DNA from: Eledone cirrhosa
Lineage: Eukaryota
DNA length: 64,000 nucleotides
NCBI GenBank assembly: GCA_964016885.1
Contig: OZ024741.1
Coordinates: 398,536,001 to 398,600,000, forward strand
Reading direction: 5' to 3'
How positions within the stretch are numbered: position 1 is the first letter of the stretch; each line of letters opens with the position of its first letter. Shown here in pieces: positions 1-10,949 of this stretch. Both the position numbers and the translations under genes were made by a program. Under the pieces are notes generated by a model. It ran no database searches. It worked only from the letters and a program-made list of their open reading frames with translations, and had not been told where the DNA came from.

Positions 1-340
1 CTACATCACCACCACTACTAGAGCCACTACTACACTCCGTTACACCACCATCAACAACACCACTACTACTACTGCTACTACCACTACTACTACTACCACC
101 ACTACCACCATTACTACTACTATTACTACTGCCACCACAACCCCTACTACCACTACTACTACTACCACCACTACCACTACTACTACTGCCACTACTAGCA
201 CCACCACCACTACTGCACCCACAACCACTACTACTACTACTACTATTACTACTACTGCCACCACCACCACTACTACTACTACTGCCACTACCACCACCAT
301 CACCATTACTACCACTGCCACCACCACCACCACTACTACA
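1..340. repeat. Degenerate (ACT/ACC)n trinucleotide microsatellite
   Basis: Direct reading; explains the poly-Val ORF 40..333. Confidence 0.95.
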
Positions 341-792
341 CTCCTTTTTTATACCACAACTTCTGAACTAATAGCCAATCGGTTGACAGCATTGTGATGA
401 CACGTAAATATTTCAGTTGCTAATCTACTACTGTGTCTCCTGTCACACTAACTGCCATAGGCAGCACGAACTGGAATTGAATTCTGTTGATTGATTTGTT
501 ATTGATTAGGCAAAACCTGCTGATGAAGTCGCATGCGCCGATTGTGCACTATTGTATAATAAATGCAGACAGTAGATGCTGTGCGCTCTCTTGCTGCATT
601 ATGTGTGGCCAAACTCGAGCACGGGTATGAATTTATGGTACCCATTTATGTGTGTTGTATTGAAGCAAATAACTTCTGGTGTCTACTCTGGGATCTTTAC
701 ATAACCTTGCCTATTGAGTATGCTGAGATGCAACTGGTCCTAGCAGTGAAACTTATGTTAGTCCTGTCAACTTATTATTATTATTCAATCCT

Positions 793-1000
793 CAAGGGTG
801 GTGGATTGGCAGTATCGGTAGAGGGTCGGACGCCTTGCTTTGCAGCACAGTTACGTCCCTTTATGGACCGAGTTCAAAACCCGCCGAGGTTAACTTTGCC
901 TTTCATCCTTACGGGGGTCGATAAAATAAAGTACCAGTAATGTACTGCGTAATTGCTGGCCTTGTGCCAAAAGTAGAAACAATTATTATTATTATTATTA
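793..1000 (+). mobile_element. tRNA-derived SINE with Meta-type central domain; further copies near 26890-27050(+), 36361-36478(+), 40460-40625(-), 42515-42697(-), 49345-49510(+), 55325-55465(-), 58765-58880(-)
   Basis: B-box GAGTTCAAAAC, conserved block GCCTTTCATCCTTACGGGGTCGATAAAATAAAGTACCAG and (ATT)n tail; recurs throughout the window. Confidence 0.8.
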
Positions 1001-1199
1001 TATATATATATGAAAAGAGTGAGGACCCCGATGACTGTTCGGATCAGTTCGGATCTAACTGTCGAAACGGCCGGAGCTCAGCTGCCTGGCTCCTGACTCT
1101 TTTCACATTACCCACTCTACTACCCTAAGTATTGAGTTCTCTGATGCATTATGGTGCACCTGGTATCTTACCACATCCTCTTTGTTATATATATATATT

Positions 1200-1501
1200 C
1201 GAAAGGTTGTGAGTTCAAGTCTCAGACCGGGTGATGTGTTGTTTCCTTGAGCAAGACACTTTATTTCACATTGCTCCAGTTTACTCAGCTGTAGAAATGA
1301 GATGATAGGGACTGGGGTTCCTAACATTCCACTGTAAAGTGGTCGTGGAGGTGCCACGGCAAAAAAGCACCCAGCACTCACTGTAAATGAGGTTGGTGTT
1401 AGGAAGGGCATCCAGCTGTAGAAATCAAGCCAGAATCAGTTCCCGTCCCACCCTTGCAAGCAGGGAAAAGTGGACGTAAAATGCTGATGATGATGATGAT
1501 G

Positions 1502-1503
<2 letters not shown>
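1200..1503 (+). mobile_element. 5'-truncated CORE-like SINE with RTE-derived 3' tail
   Basis: CCTTGAGCAAGACACTTT...CTGTAGAAATGAG core, then AGGAAGGGCATCCAGCTGTAGAAA and a (GAT)n tail shared with the RTE 3' UTR. Confidence 0.75.
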
Positions 1504-1545
<42 letters not shown>

Positions 1546-1959
1546 GGTGTATGTCCAATTCTTCTCACACTTTACTTAGAAAGCTTGAGGCACAGGTACC
1601 AGTTAATCTAACACTTCTTACACATGTGTTGTATGAATATATGCAGAAAGGAATGTGAGTGCTTGGCAGTTTTATTTTCTTGTAAAGGTATTATTATTTT
1701 GTTTTGTAAAGTATAATATCTATAATATATTGTCTGCAGTAATTTTGTATTTTGTCTAGGCTGCTTACATACACACATAAATACATATACACACACACAT
1801 ATACAGACACACATTCATACATACATACATACACATGAACACACACATACATACATACATACACATATGCATAGACACATACATGCACACATACATACAT
1901 ACATACACACACATACATGCATATATACCTACATGCATACTAGACTGCTCCTTCAAAAA

Positions 1960-4158
1960 GTACTCTCCGCATTGGTCGATCAGGTCCCAAACCCAGACTA
2001 ATTAGGCTGTCATTCGCAAGCTCTATTGAGGGACCTGCATACGATATAGTCTCTGATAAGGCTAGGCATGAAAATCGAATTACCTTTCAAACTCGCATAT
2101 GATATATGCCCAAAGCTACATGCTGCAGCTTCCTTAAATCGCAACTCAGCACCACATGAATGAAAGTTTTAGCCTATGCAGCGATGGACAGATATGGAAA
2201 TTTGTTAAGTCTGGTGAGACATGGAAAAAGGATACCAGCTGGTCTGAGGATATTGTACCTACAATAGCTGGCAATGAAAAAGCTGTGGGAAACTAAACAA
2301 CAATAACCTGCCATCCCCTATATATCATCATAAGCTGAAATCCAGATACAAATTATTGTCCTTAAATGCTTGTAGTTTATGTAACAAGATCCATCTTTTT
2401 GATTCTTACAACAAAAGTATTGACCTTGATTTCATTACAGTCATGGAAAATGAGCATTCTTTACTGTGAGTTTTTTTTTAGCATAGCTGGCTACAACTTG
2501 TTTCGCAAAGACTTCATTAATCGACATGGTGATGGTGTGATGGTCTATGTTCGTTCAAAATTTTCAGCAATTTCTTATGATGATTTGAACCAATCATAAC
2601 AAGAAGTATTTTTCTGCAATATACGTATGACCATTTCAATACTTCTACTTGAAGTTGTTTACTGTGCCCCCAAATTACCATCAAGACACACAGCTTTTTG
2701 ATATCCTCAGAACTGCTGCCAGGAAAACAGTTACTTATGTTTTCATTGCAGGTGACTTCAATTACCCTGAGATTGATTGGGAAACATTTCGTTGGTCACA
2801 AAGAGCAAATGATTTCCTTGAGATAGTGCTGGATTCAAACTGGTCCCAAGTAGTCACCTCTCCCACAAGAGGTAACAACTCCTTGGATCTGCTCTTTACC
2901 ACTACTCCTGAAATGGTTATTAGTATCACTACTGAAGAACCTTTAGGTGACTTTGATCATGCTATGATCATTGCTAATTTCTTTCTTATGGGCAGTAACA
3001 AAAACTACAACCATTTCCAAACTACTTGTTTTGACTGGAATAAAGCAGTCTGGAATTCTTACTGCACCAAGCTGCAACGCCCAAACTGGCTGGAATATTA
3101 CAACTCTAGAGATGTGAAAACTATACTTTAGAACATCCTGAATTCAATATGGACAGCATGTGCAGCATCAGTACCACGTAAGCACAAAAAACATCCCCAA
3201 AGCACAATTTGGGCGACTGCAGCAGTTCAACTTGCCAGGAAAGATCATCGTAATGCTGAATGGGAATACAGATTACATAGATCAGAAGTTAATAGAAAAA
3301 GTGCAATAGATCATCTAACCATCTCAAGCAAGTGGCAAAATTTGAACAGTGTATAGCAACCAACTCTGACAGCAAAGTTTTCTGGAAATATGTACGTTCA
3401 AAGCAGAGACCTTATTCTCCAGTTTGTCAACTTCGCAATCCCCACACAGGCCTGATTTCTGAGCATCCCAACGAATGTGCAAAACTTATTGTTGAATGCT
3501 ATGCAGGCATTTTTACTGCTGAAAATAAAAATGTACCATCTCCACCACCTCTGACATCAGATTCTATAGCAACTATGGAATTTACACCTGCAAAGCTGTG
3601 ACATGACCTTAAGAATAAGTACAACTATGCCTCTCCTGGTCTTGATGGTGTTACGTACCTGCTTCTCAAAAGTGGTGGGTAATTTCTTCTGCACCAGTTT
3701 TTACTCCTCTTTCAATTCTACCTTAACAACAGTGTTACCCCAAAGCAGCAGAAAACTGCCAGTATCATTCCTCTGTTCATAAAGGGTGATTGCACATTGC
3801 CTGTCAACTATCATCCTGTCAGTCTTACTAGTTGCATTACCAAACTGATGGTGTCCTATGTCAGAGAAACACTCTGGAACTCTCACAGCCTTATCCGGCC
3901 CTCCCAATTTGGATTTATCCATAGCTCCAGCTATTGTGATTAACTCATCGAAGACATTACCTGAATCACTGAAATTTGCCAACACTACACCTGATATTCC
4001 CCTTCCATACACACGCACACACGTGTGTGTCTGTGTGTATATCATGACTCGTACTCTGTTCACTTTCTTGACATTTGTACATTATTCTATGTACTATACA
4101 TGCATCTTTGATGAGTTGTAGTGCACCTGGGCACTGTACACAATAATTTTCATTATAC
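1960..4158 (+). mobile_element. Old, degenerate CR1-type LINE (ORF1 end, endonuclease, partial RT, large internal deletion, 3' UTR)
   Basis: Fragments such as AGDFNYPEIDW and DSKVFWKYV are collinear with the young copies at 31-34 kb and 51-54 kb; many stops and frameshifts. Confidence 0.9.
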
Positions 4159-4323
4159 ATACAGAAATTCGTAAAAGCACAATTTTTAAAATCACACACA
4201 CACACATATATATATATAATAAATCATAACATTAAAAGAAACTTCTTTTATTAAAAACAAAACCAAAAATTAAACGAACGTTGTGAATACGAAAGTATGT
4301 CTAAGAATAGAGGAATAAAGTAT

Positions 4324-4350
4324 GTCACGTGATAAGCCGGGAAGTTTGAA
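4324..4350 (+). promoter_or_regulatory. Putative cell-cycle promoter: E-box (GTCACGTGA) plus CDE/CHR-like module (GCCGG-4nt-TTTGAA)
   Basis: CACGTG 4326-4331, GCCGG 4336-4340, TTTGAA 4345-4350, ending 33 nt before the ATG of a kinetochore gene. Confidence 0.55.
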
Positions 4351-4383
4351 TTTTTTCCTTCATCGTTTGACAACATTTGTGAG

Positions 4384-4465
4384 ATGGCTGCTAACTTGTC
4401 ATCTTCACAGTCTGTAGAGAAATTATTAGAAGCACTAGAAAGGGATATTGATTACATATGTGATG
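4384..4465 (+). CDS. CENPI: CENP-I exon 1 (MAANLSSSQSVEKLLEALERDIDYICD)
   Basis: ATG 4384, donor G|GTATGT, phase 1 matching the next exon. Confidence 0.75.
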
Positions 4466-5299
4466 GTATGTTTATTCTTTTATATCGTTCTTTGTCGATT
4501 TCTATATTTGTTTATTTTACCTGTTCAATATTTCAATTCCCCTCCAACTTCATAAAACTTAACGATTTATATTTTAGCTTATCATCATCATCGTCATTAG
4601 TATTATTACTATTCTGTAATGTTTACATATTTATTTGTCTGTTCGTCTTTTCTATAAATCCTTTCGGTTATTTAAAACAATTTGCCAATGTTTTACGAAG
4701 TAAAAACCCTTCCAAACAAGAATCAAGTTATTTTGGTTGTCAACTCCACAAATTACCATTCATGGCGCCAAGCACCAAAACAATAATTTATAATATTTAC
4801 ATAGATTTAACGAGTGAATTTCTACATAGTCACTCATCTTAATAGAAATAGCAGCTAATTTCCCCACTAAATCTCTCTTTATTTAACATCTAACAGCGAT
4901 AGACCTGTATATATTATATTAAACGAAGAGATGTCACAACTGTAAGAATTTGATCATATATCATATAAATCTGGTTTGGTTAAAACTGAGAGTTAAATAA
5001 CATCAATAAAATAATACATTGCTTTCTTTTGACTTAATAAAGAAATCGTTTATTTAAAAAAAGATAAAATACACAGAAAGTTTTGATTAATGTTGACATA
5101 TCAAATATGTTTAATTTTATCTCAGCTCTGGTTAAACTAATTTTTATGATCAAAATATTTCGGTTATGACATTTAATTTCAGACAATATATACAGGACTA
5201 CATTATTTTGTGTCTTTTCTTCCTTCTTCTTTTAGATGTTAAATAGGGGCCAGGTTGAGAAGAATTTAATTGATACACACACACACACACATATTATAT

Positions 5300-5350
<51 letters not shown>

Positions 5351-5399
5351 ATAATAAATACAAAGACCAAAATCCAAAGACGACTCGATAAATGTTATA

Positions 5400-6077
5400 T
5401 CATCATCATTATCATCGTTTAAAGTCCATCTTCCACGCTTGCATGGGTCTGGACGGGAATTGTCCCACTTGAGGCAAGATTGGTTGTCTTGCTCAGGACT
5501 GTCTGGCGGGTTTTCTACGGCTGGATGCCCTTCCTAACACCAACCACGTTTACAGTGTGGACTGGGAGGTTTTTACCGTGTTACCTACACGGCCACATTA
5601 CTGGGTGGACTATGTGTTTTTTTGTCGTGACACACGACCTCATTTGTTTAGGACTGGATGTTGTGGTACCAACATAACTTTACAGCGAAAGGGGTGGTGT
5701 AGATGGCGGTAGGTGTAGTGGGACGGGGGTGTATTTTGGTTAAGAGGTGCCTACTGACTGTAGTAGGTTTCGCTTTGTACTTAGGTAAGGCGGGTCTTCT
5801 GTATTACTGCGTAGCGCCAAAGATCTCGGTCCAGTGACATTGTCTTGGAGAAGTGTAAGTGTGTGAGGTCGGAATTTATCAAGTCGTCCCAGGTTTTTCT
5901 GGGTCTGCCTACTCCGTGGCTACCGTCTATTTTTATTGCCCTGCACTTTTTTATACAGCTGTCGTCTTTCATGCGCATCACGTGACCATACCAACGTAGT
6001 CTTCTCTCGAGTAAACAGCATCAGATCCCTTTTATTCCTAATTTCTCACTTAGTTCATTTATGCTTTGCCGTTCGTG

Positions 6078-6080
<3 letters not shown>
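5400..6080 (-). mobile_element. RTE-type LINE 3' fragment
   Basis: RLRWYGHVMR...GRPRKTW C-terminus, 3' UTR and (GAT)n tail similar to the 60.5-64 kb element. Confidence 0.9.
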
Positions 6081-6141
<61 letters not shown>

Positions 6142-6289
6142 GTAGAGTAAATATTTATTATTAGTAGATTAAAAGTTTAAGCAATGAATTTCTGTTTTCA
6201 CCCTAAGCAGATGAATCAGCTTAGGGTGGAAGCAGAAATTCATTGCTTAAAGCTTTAAATATGTACTACTACTACTACTATATATATAT

Positions 6290-6520
6290 ATGTAAAAGGT
6301 AAACAGAAATAACAACACAATCGGTACAGTATATGGAAGGGATATATTAGGTTAACGCTTGATATAGCGGGAAGAGGGTCTTAACGTTTCGGACGCTAGT
6401 CCTTCATCAGAAGAAAGAATGAGAAATAAGATAGATTGAGGGGACGGGCGGGTTGGAATTGGAAAAAAATGTTTTTAGATAAAAATAACAGGTCCATTTA
6501 TGTGGACCTTGCAATATATA
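6290..6520 (-). mobile_element. Penelope-like terminal-repeat remnant between (TA)n tracts; related copies at 47700-47880(+) and 47935-48110(-)
   Basis: Dispersed repeat containing a minimal hammerhead motif, flanked by TA microsatellites. Confidence 0.55.
6379..6414 (-). ncRNA. Minimal type-I hammerhead ribozyme motif
   Basis: Minus strand reads TCTT-CTGATGA-A-GGAC-tagc-GTCC-GAAAC-GTT-AAGA: catalytic core, 4-bp stems I and II, loopless palindromic stem III. Confidence 0.65.
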
Positions 6521-6835
6521 TATATATATATATATGTTCGTTTTCTTTTAATACAGTAGGGAGATTTTGCTGCTATTTCTAGCAATCTGAACGAACTGAC
6601 TACCATAAATATAGTAAAAGTGGCTTAATTCTTCGAAGGAATGGAAACTGTTAATGGAGTCAGCTGGTTCTGAATTTCTCTTTATATGGCTGGGAAGTAA
6701 TTGTATGGATGTTTTCTTACACAAACAAGCTTCCGTCTTTACAGGATAGCTTCACTACCATTGGCGATAGATATCCTTTGAAGAAAATAAAAATATTTTT
6801 TCCGATTCTTCTGGATTTGTTGTGTATATTTACAC

Positions 6836-8336
6836 CAGTGATCCCCAAGGGTGGGTTGCACACCATACAGCAGGACAATTTAAAAATGTTGTTAATGAGA
6901 ACAAACTTCAGGTTTTACCTTATTACTTTTACACCAAGGTAACTTTGGTACACATTACTGTCAGAAACTCCTGTCTCACCCCCACCACATGTTATTGTAC
7001 ATCTGGCACCTCCTATAAGGTAGACATTACTGTCAGAAACTCCTGTCTCACCTCCACCTCCACATGTTATTGTACATCTGGCACCTCCTATAAGGTACAC
7101 ATTACTGTCAGAAACTCCTGTCACACCTCCACCACATGTTATTGTACATCTGGCACCTTCTATATGGTACACATTACTGTCAGAAACTCCTGTCACACCT
7201 CCACCACATGTTATTGTACATCTGGCACCTCCTATAAGGTAGACATTACTGTCAGAAACTCCTGTCTCACCTCAACCTCCACATGTTATTGTACATCTGG
7301 CACCTCCTATAAGGTACACATTACTGTCAGAAACTCCTGTCTCACATCCACCACATGTTATTGTACATCTGGCACCATCTATAAGGTACACATTACTGTC
7401 AGAAACTCCTGTCTCACCTCCACCACATGTTATTGTACATCTGGCACCTCCTATAAGGTAGACATTACTGTCAGAAACTCCTGTCTCACCTCCACCTCCA
7501 CATGTTATTGTACATCTGGCACCTCCTATAAGGTACACATTACTGTCAGAAACTCCTGTCTCACCTCCACCACATGTTATTGTACATCTGGCACCTTCTA
7601 TATGGTACACATTACTGTCAGAAACTCCTGTCTCACCCCCACCACATGTTATTGTACATCTGGCACCTCCTATAAGGTAGACATTACTGTCAGAAACTCC
7701 TGTCTCACCTCAACCTCCACATGTTATTGTACATCTGGCACCTCCTATAAGGTACACATTACTGTCAGAAACTCCTGTCTCACCTCCACCACATGTTATT
7801 GTACATCTGGCACCATCTATAAGGTACACATTACTGTCAGAAACTCCTGTCTCACCTCCACCACATGTTATTGTACATCTGGCACCATCTATAAGGTACA
7901 CATTACTGTCAGAAACTCCTGTCTCACCTCCACCACATTTTATTGTACATCTGGCACCTCCAATAAGGTAGACATTACTGTCAGAAACTCCTGTCTCACC
8001 TCCACATGTTATTGTACATCTGGTACCATCTATATGGTACACATTACTGTCAGAAACTCCTGTCTCACCTCCACTACATGTTATTGTACATCTGGCACCA
8101 CCTATAAGGTACACATTACTGTCAGAAACTCCTGTCTCACCTCCACTACATGTACATCCTATACACCAATTTGTTTACACTTTGCAGTTGATCTTTGCTG
8201 TTTTCATATCAAGAGTGGGGGACATAACAATTGTTGAGGTGGGGCATGGTGCTCAAAAGGTTGGGAACCACTGATGAAGCTGATGACCATGAGATGTTGA
8301 GGTGGGGCATATTGCTCAAAAAGTTGGGAACCACTG
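6836..8336. mobile_element. Non-autonomous hAT-type DNA transposon carrying a 72-bp minisatellite
   Basis: TIRs CAGTGATCCCCAA / TTGGGAACCACTG; 8-bp TSD ATTTACAC (6828-6835) vs ATTTACTC (8337-8344); right end duplicated at 8261-8273. Confidence 0.7.
6947..8155. repeat. Minisatellite, 72/75-bp unit, about 16 copies
   Basis: Unit GGTACACATTACTGTCAGAAACTCCTGTCTCACCTCCACCACATGTTATTGTACATCTGGCACCTCCTATAA. Confidence 0.95.
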
Positions 8337-8704
8337 ATTTACTCTTTAAGGTTTGTTAGGCTTAGTTAAAGTTATGGTTAGAATTAGAGTTAGGGCTTGA
8401 ATTTGTTTGGGGTTAAGTTTTAGGGTTCCCTTATTTTGTTCGTGTGTGTGTATTATATGAAGAGAGCATTCAAAATAAACCAACTGAATCAGGCGTGTTA
8501 GTTTCATTTTCTTTTAAGAAGATTTATTGTCATTGATACTCAGTAGATTGATAAAAAGGAATAAAACTGGAAGTAGAAAAGATAAAAACAAAATGTTAAC
8601 AAAACTAGGAGTTCTAGTAATGACAGGAAGTAACCTCTCTGAGGATTGTAGTTTAGAAAGATACAATCTGAAGTTATCAGTAGCACTAACATGGCGTGAT
8701 TCAT

Positions 8705-9160
8705 ACATCATCATCATCATCATCCACTCGTTTTTCCATCCTGGCATGGTTTGGATGGATCCTTTCCAGTACAGCATCTCTCCACTTGTCGCATTTCTTT
8801 GCCATCTCCTCTGTGAGTCTCAGTGACATAGGATCAGCTCTCACTACCTCAGCTCAGGCCTTCCTTGGTTTACCTGTACTGCAGCTTCCTACCACTGGGA
8901 TTTCCTGCACTTCTTCACCCAGTGATCAACATCTATGTGCATCACATATCCATACTAACACAGTCTTCTCTCTTGCATACCACCTCAAATTCCTCTTAAA
9001 CTCAATTTCTCCCTCCGCTCATCCAAGCTCTGCCTTTCTTTCACATTTAAATTGCACATCTAATGATGCATGATAGCTTCAATTCTCTCCATCTTACACA
9101 TGTCTTCTGCAGTCACTACCCATGTTTCACTACCATGCAGCATCACACGTCACACACAGG
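8705..9160 (-). mobile_element. Degenerate RTE 3' fragment (second subfamily)
   Basis: Reverse strand gives MLHGSETW-like sequence and a (GAT)n tail; similar to 39315-40140. Confidence 0.7.
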
Positions 9161-10949
9161 GTATGAATGTTTTAAGCTGTGATCATGTCACAGCTATCTC
9201 AGCAGACTTATCACATCTTAAACATTCATAGTGAGACATATATGTTTATTATACGTAAACATATCTTCTATACCTTCATATACATCTCTGTTATATCCCA
9301 CATATACATAATATAAACAAGCTTAACATGGAGCTTCTATACAGTCATAACTCTCTAGTAGCTGTTACCATCATCACAGGACATTGCCCTACACTGAGAT
9401 AATCCCCTCCCACTCACTACACTTGTCATACACCCATGGCATACTTCTCTATCCTATAACGTAGAGAAACCCCTTCAGTCGAGTCAACGGCTGACAACCT
9501 CTCTTGTGCTGGTACCAGGAAAAATGCACCTGGTACACCCTGTAAGGCTGTTAATGATAGGAAGGGGACCTTGCTGTAGAAACCATGCCAAAAGGGTTGA
9601 AATTACCTTTCTATTGTGTCATTGGCGTGACAACCTCTCTAGTGTTAGTGACCTATATGATAAATACACCCAGTACACTCTGTAAAGTGGTTGGTGATAG
9701 GAAGGACATGAAGCTCGTACATATGCAATAAGGTTAAACAGACCAATGGTAAATTGCATATGAATACATGGTCAATCTCTGGTGAAAAACCACAGTACAT
9801 GAGAGACCAGGAGATGACTACGGAAGTGTGAAGAATTATTACCGAATGACTCCTACTATATTCCTTTCAACAATAAAAATTACATTTATAGAGGATTGAG
9901 CGTTAAAGAGATATTTATTTATATCCTGGAAGTCAGAAGCATGTCACTACAAATAAGAAGCAACCAACTCATCGACTAAGGTATTTCTCTTATCGTTTGT
10001 AAAAAAACAAGATCCTTAGAAGATTTATAGTTATAAAAAGATATAGGTAATATTTAACTCCTCAGCCTTCCTATAGACTCTTCAACTGTGTCAAAGATAT
10101 AAGTTCCCTAGTGTCTGTGTCATGATGAAATGTGCTTGGTAGTGAGTGGGATTGTATGTAAGCAAGTGGTGGGTCTCTAGCATGTCTGGGTACTCAGTAG
10201 AGTACATAAGCCAGATGTGGAGTCAGTCTCTCTACTTTTAGTACCAGCCTGACTTGCTGATGACCCATCCAACCCTTGCAGGGAAAATAGACATTAAACA
10301 CTGATGATGTTCATGGTCATCTGTTGGTTTATTTTATACAAAACATTTCAAAGATGGAATGTATAGCATAACCCCTTGGCCCGTTTAGTCTCTCACTCTG
10401 CCAACTCTAATTATTTTGTATGTTGCTTTATTAAAGATTGTATGGGTTATTTTCATTAGCATTTTACATCTGCTTTTCCAGGCATATGTTAGACAGGTTA
10501 TCACAGGCCAAGTCTGTATTTAATTAAAACTACTGTTCTCCCAAATAGAAGGGTGGCTAGTGGGTAGGGGAACATCCCATTTACATGAGTTCTGGTTTTG
10601 GCATAGTTTCTACAGCTGGGGTACCCTTCCTATCACCAACCACTTTACAGAGTGTATTAGGTGTATTTTATCATGACACTGGCACTAAAGAGGTTGTCAT
10701 GTTTTATGCATGTATGACTGTGTTAACGTCTCATAACTTAGTGGTTTGACAAAAAGAGATTGATGGAATAAGTACTAGACTTGAGAACAAATAATTACTG
10801 GGGACGATGTGATTGACTAAATCCCTTTAATTTGATGTCACATTATGGTGGCCTAATAAGTTCAACATTATGAGTTCAATTCCTGGACTGGGTTGTGTGT
10901 TGTGTTCTTGAACAAAACACTCCATTTCATATTGCTCCAATATAAAATA

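Noticed and set aside
515-550. CTGATGAAG as a further hammerhead (also at 8272 and 24084)
   Set aside because: No correctly placed GAAAC-N-UH half or closing stems.
6822-8237. 471-aa Cys/Thr-rich repetitive ORF
   Set aside because: It arises from a 72/75-bp (multiple of 3) minisatellite inside a MITE within an intron; there is no true ATG context or domain evidence.
8350-8428. Interstitial telomere-like TTAGGG tract
   Set aside because: Too degenerate; only two exact hexamers.
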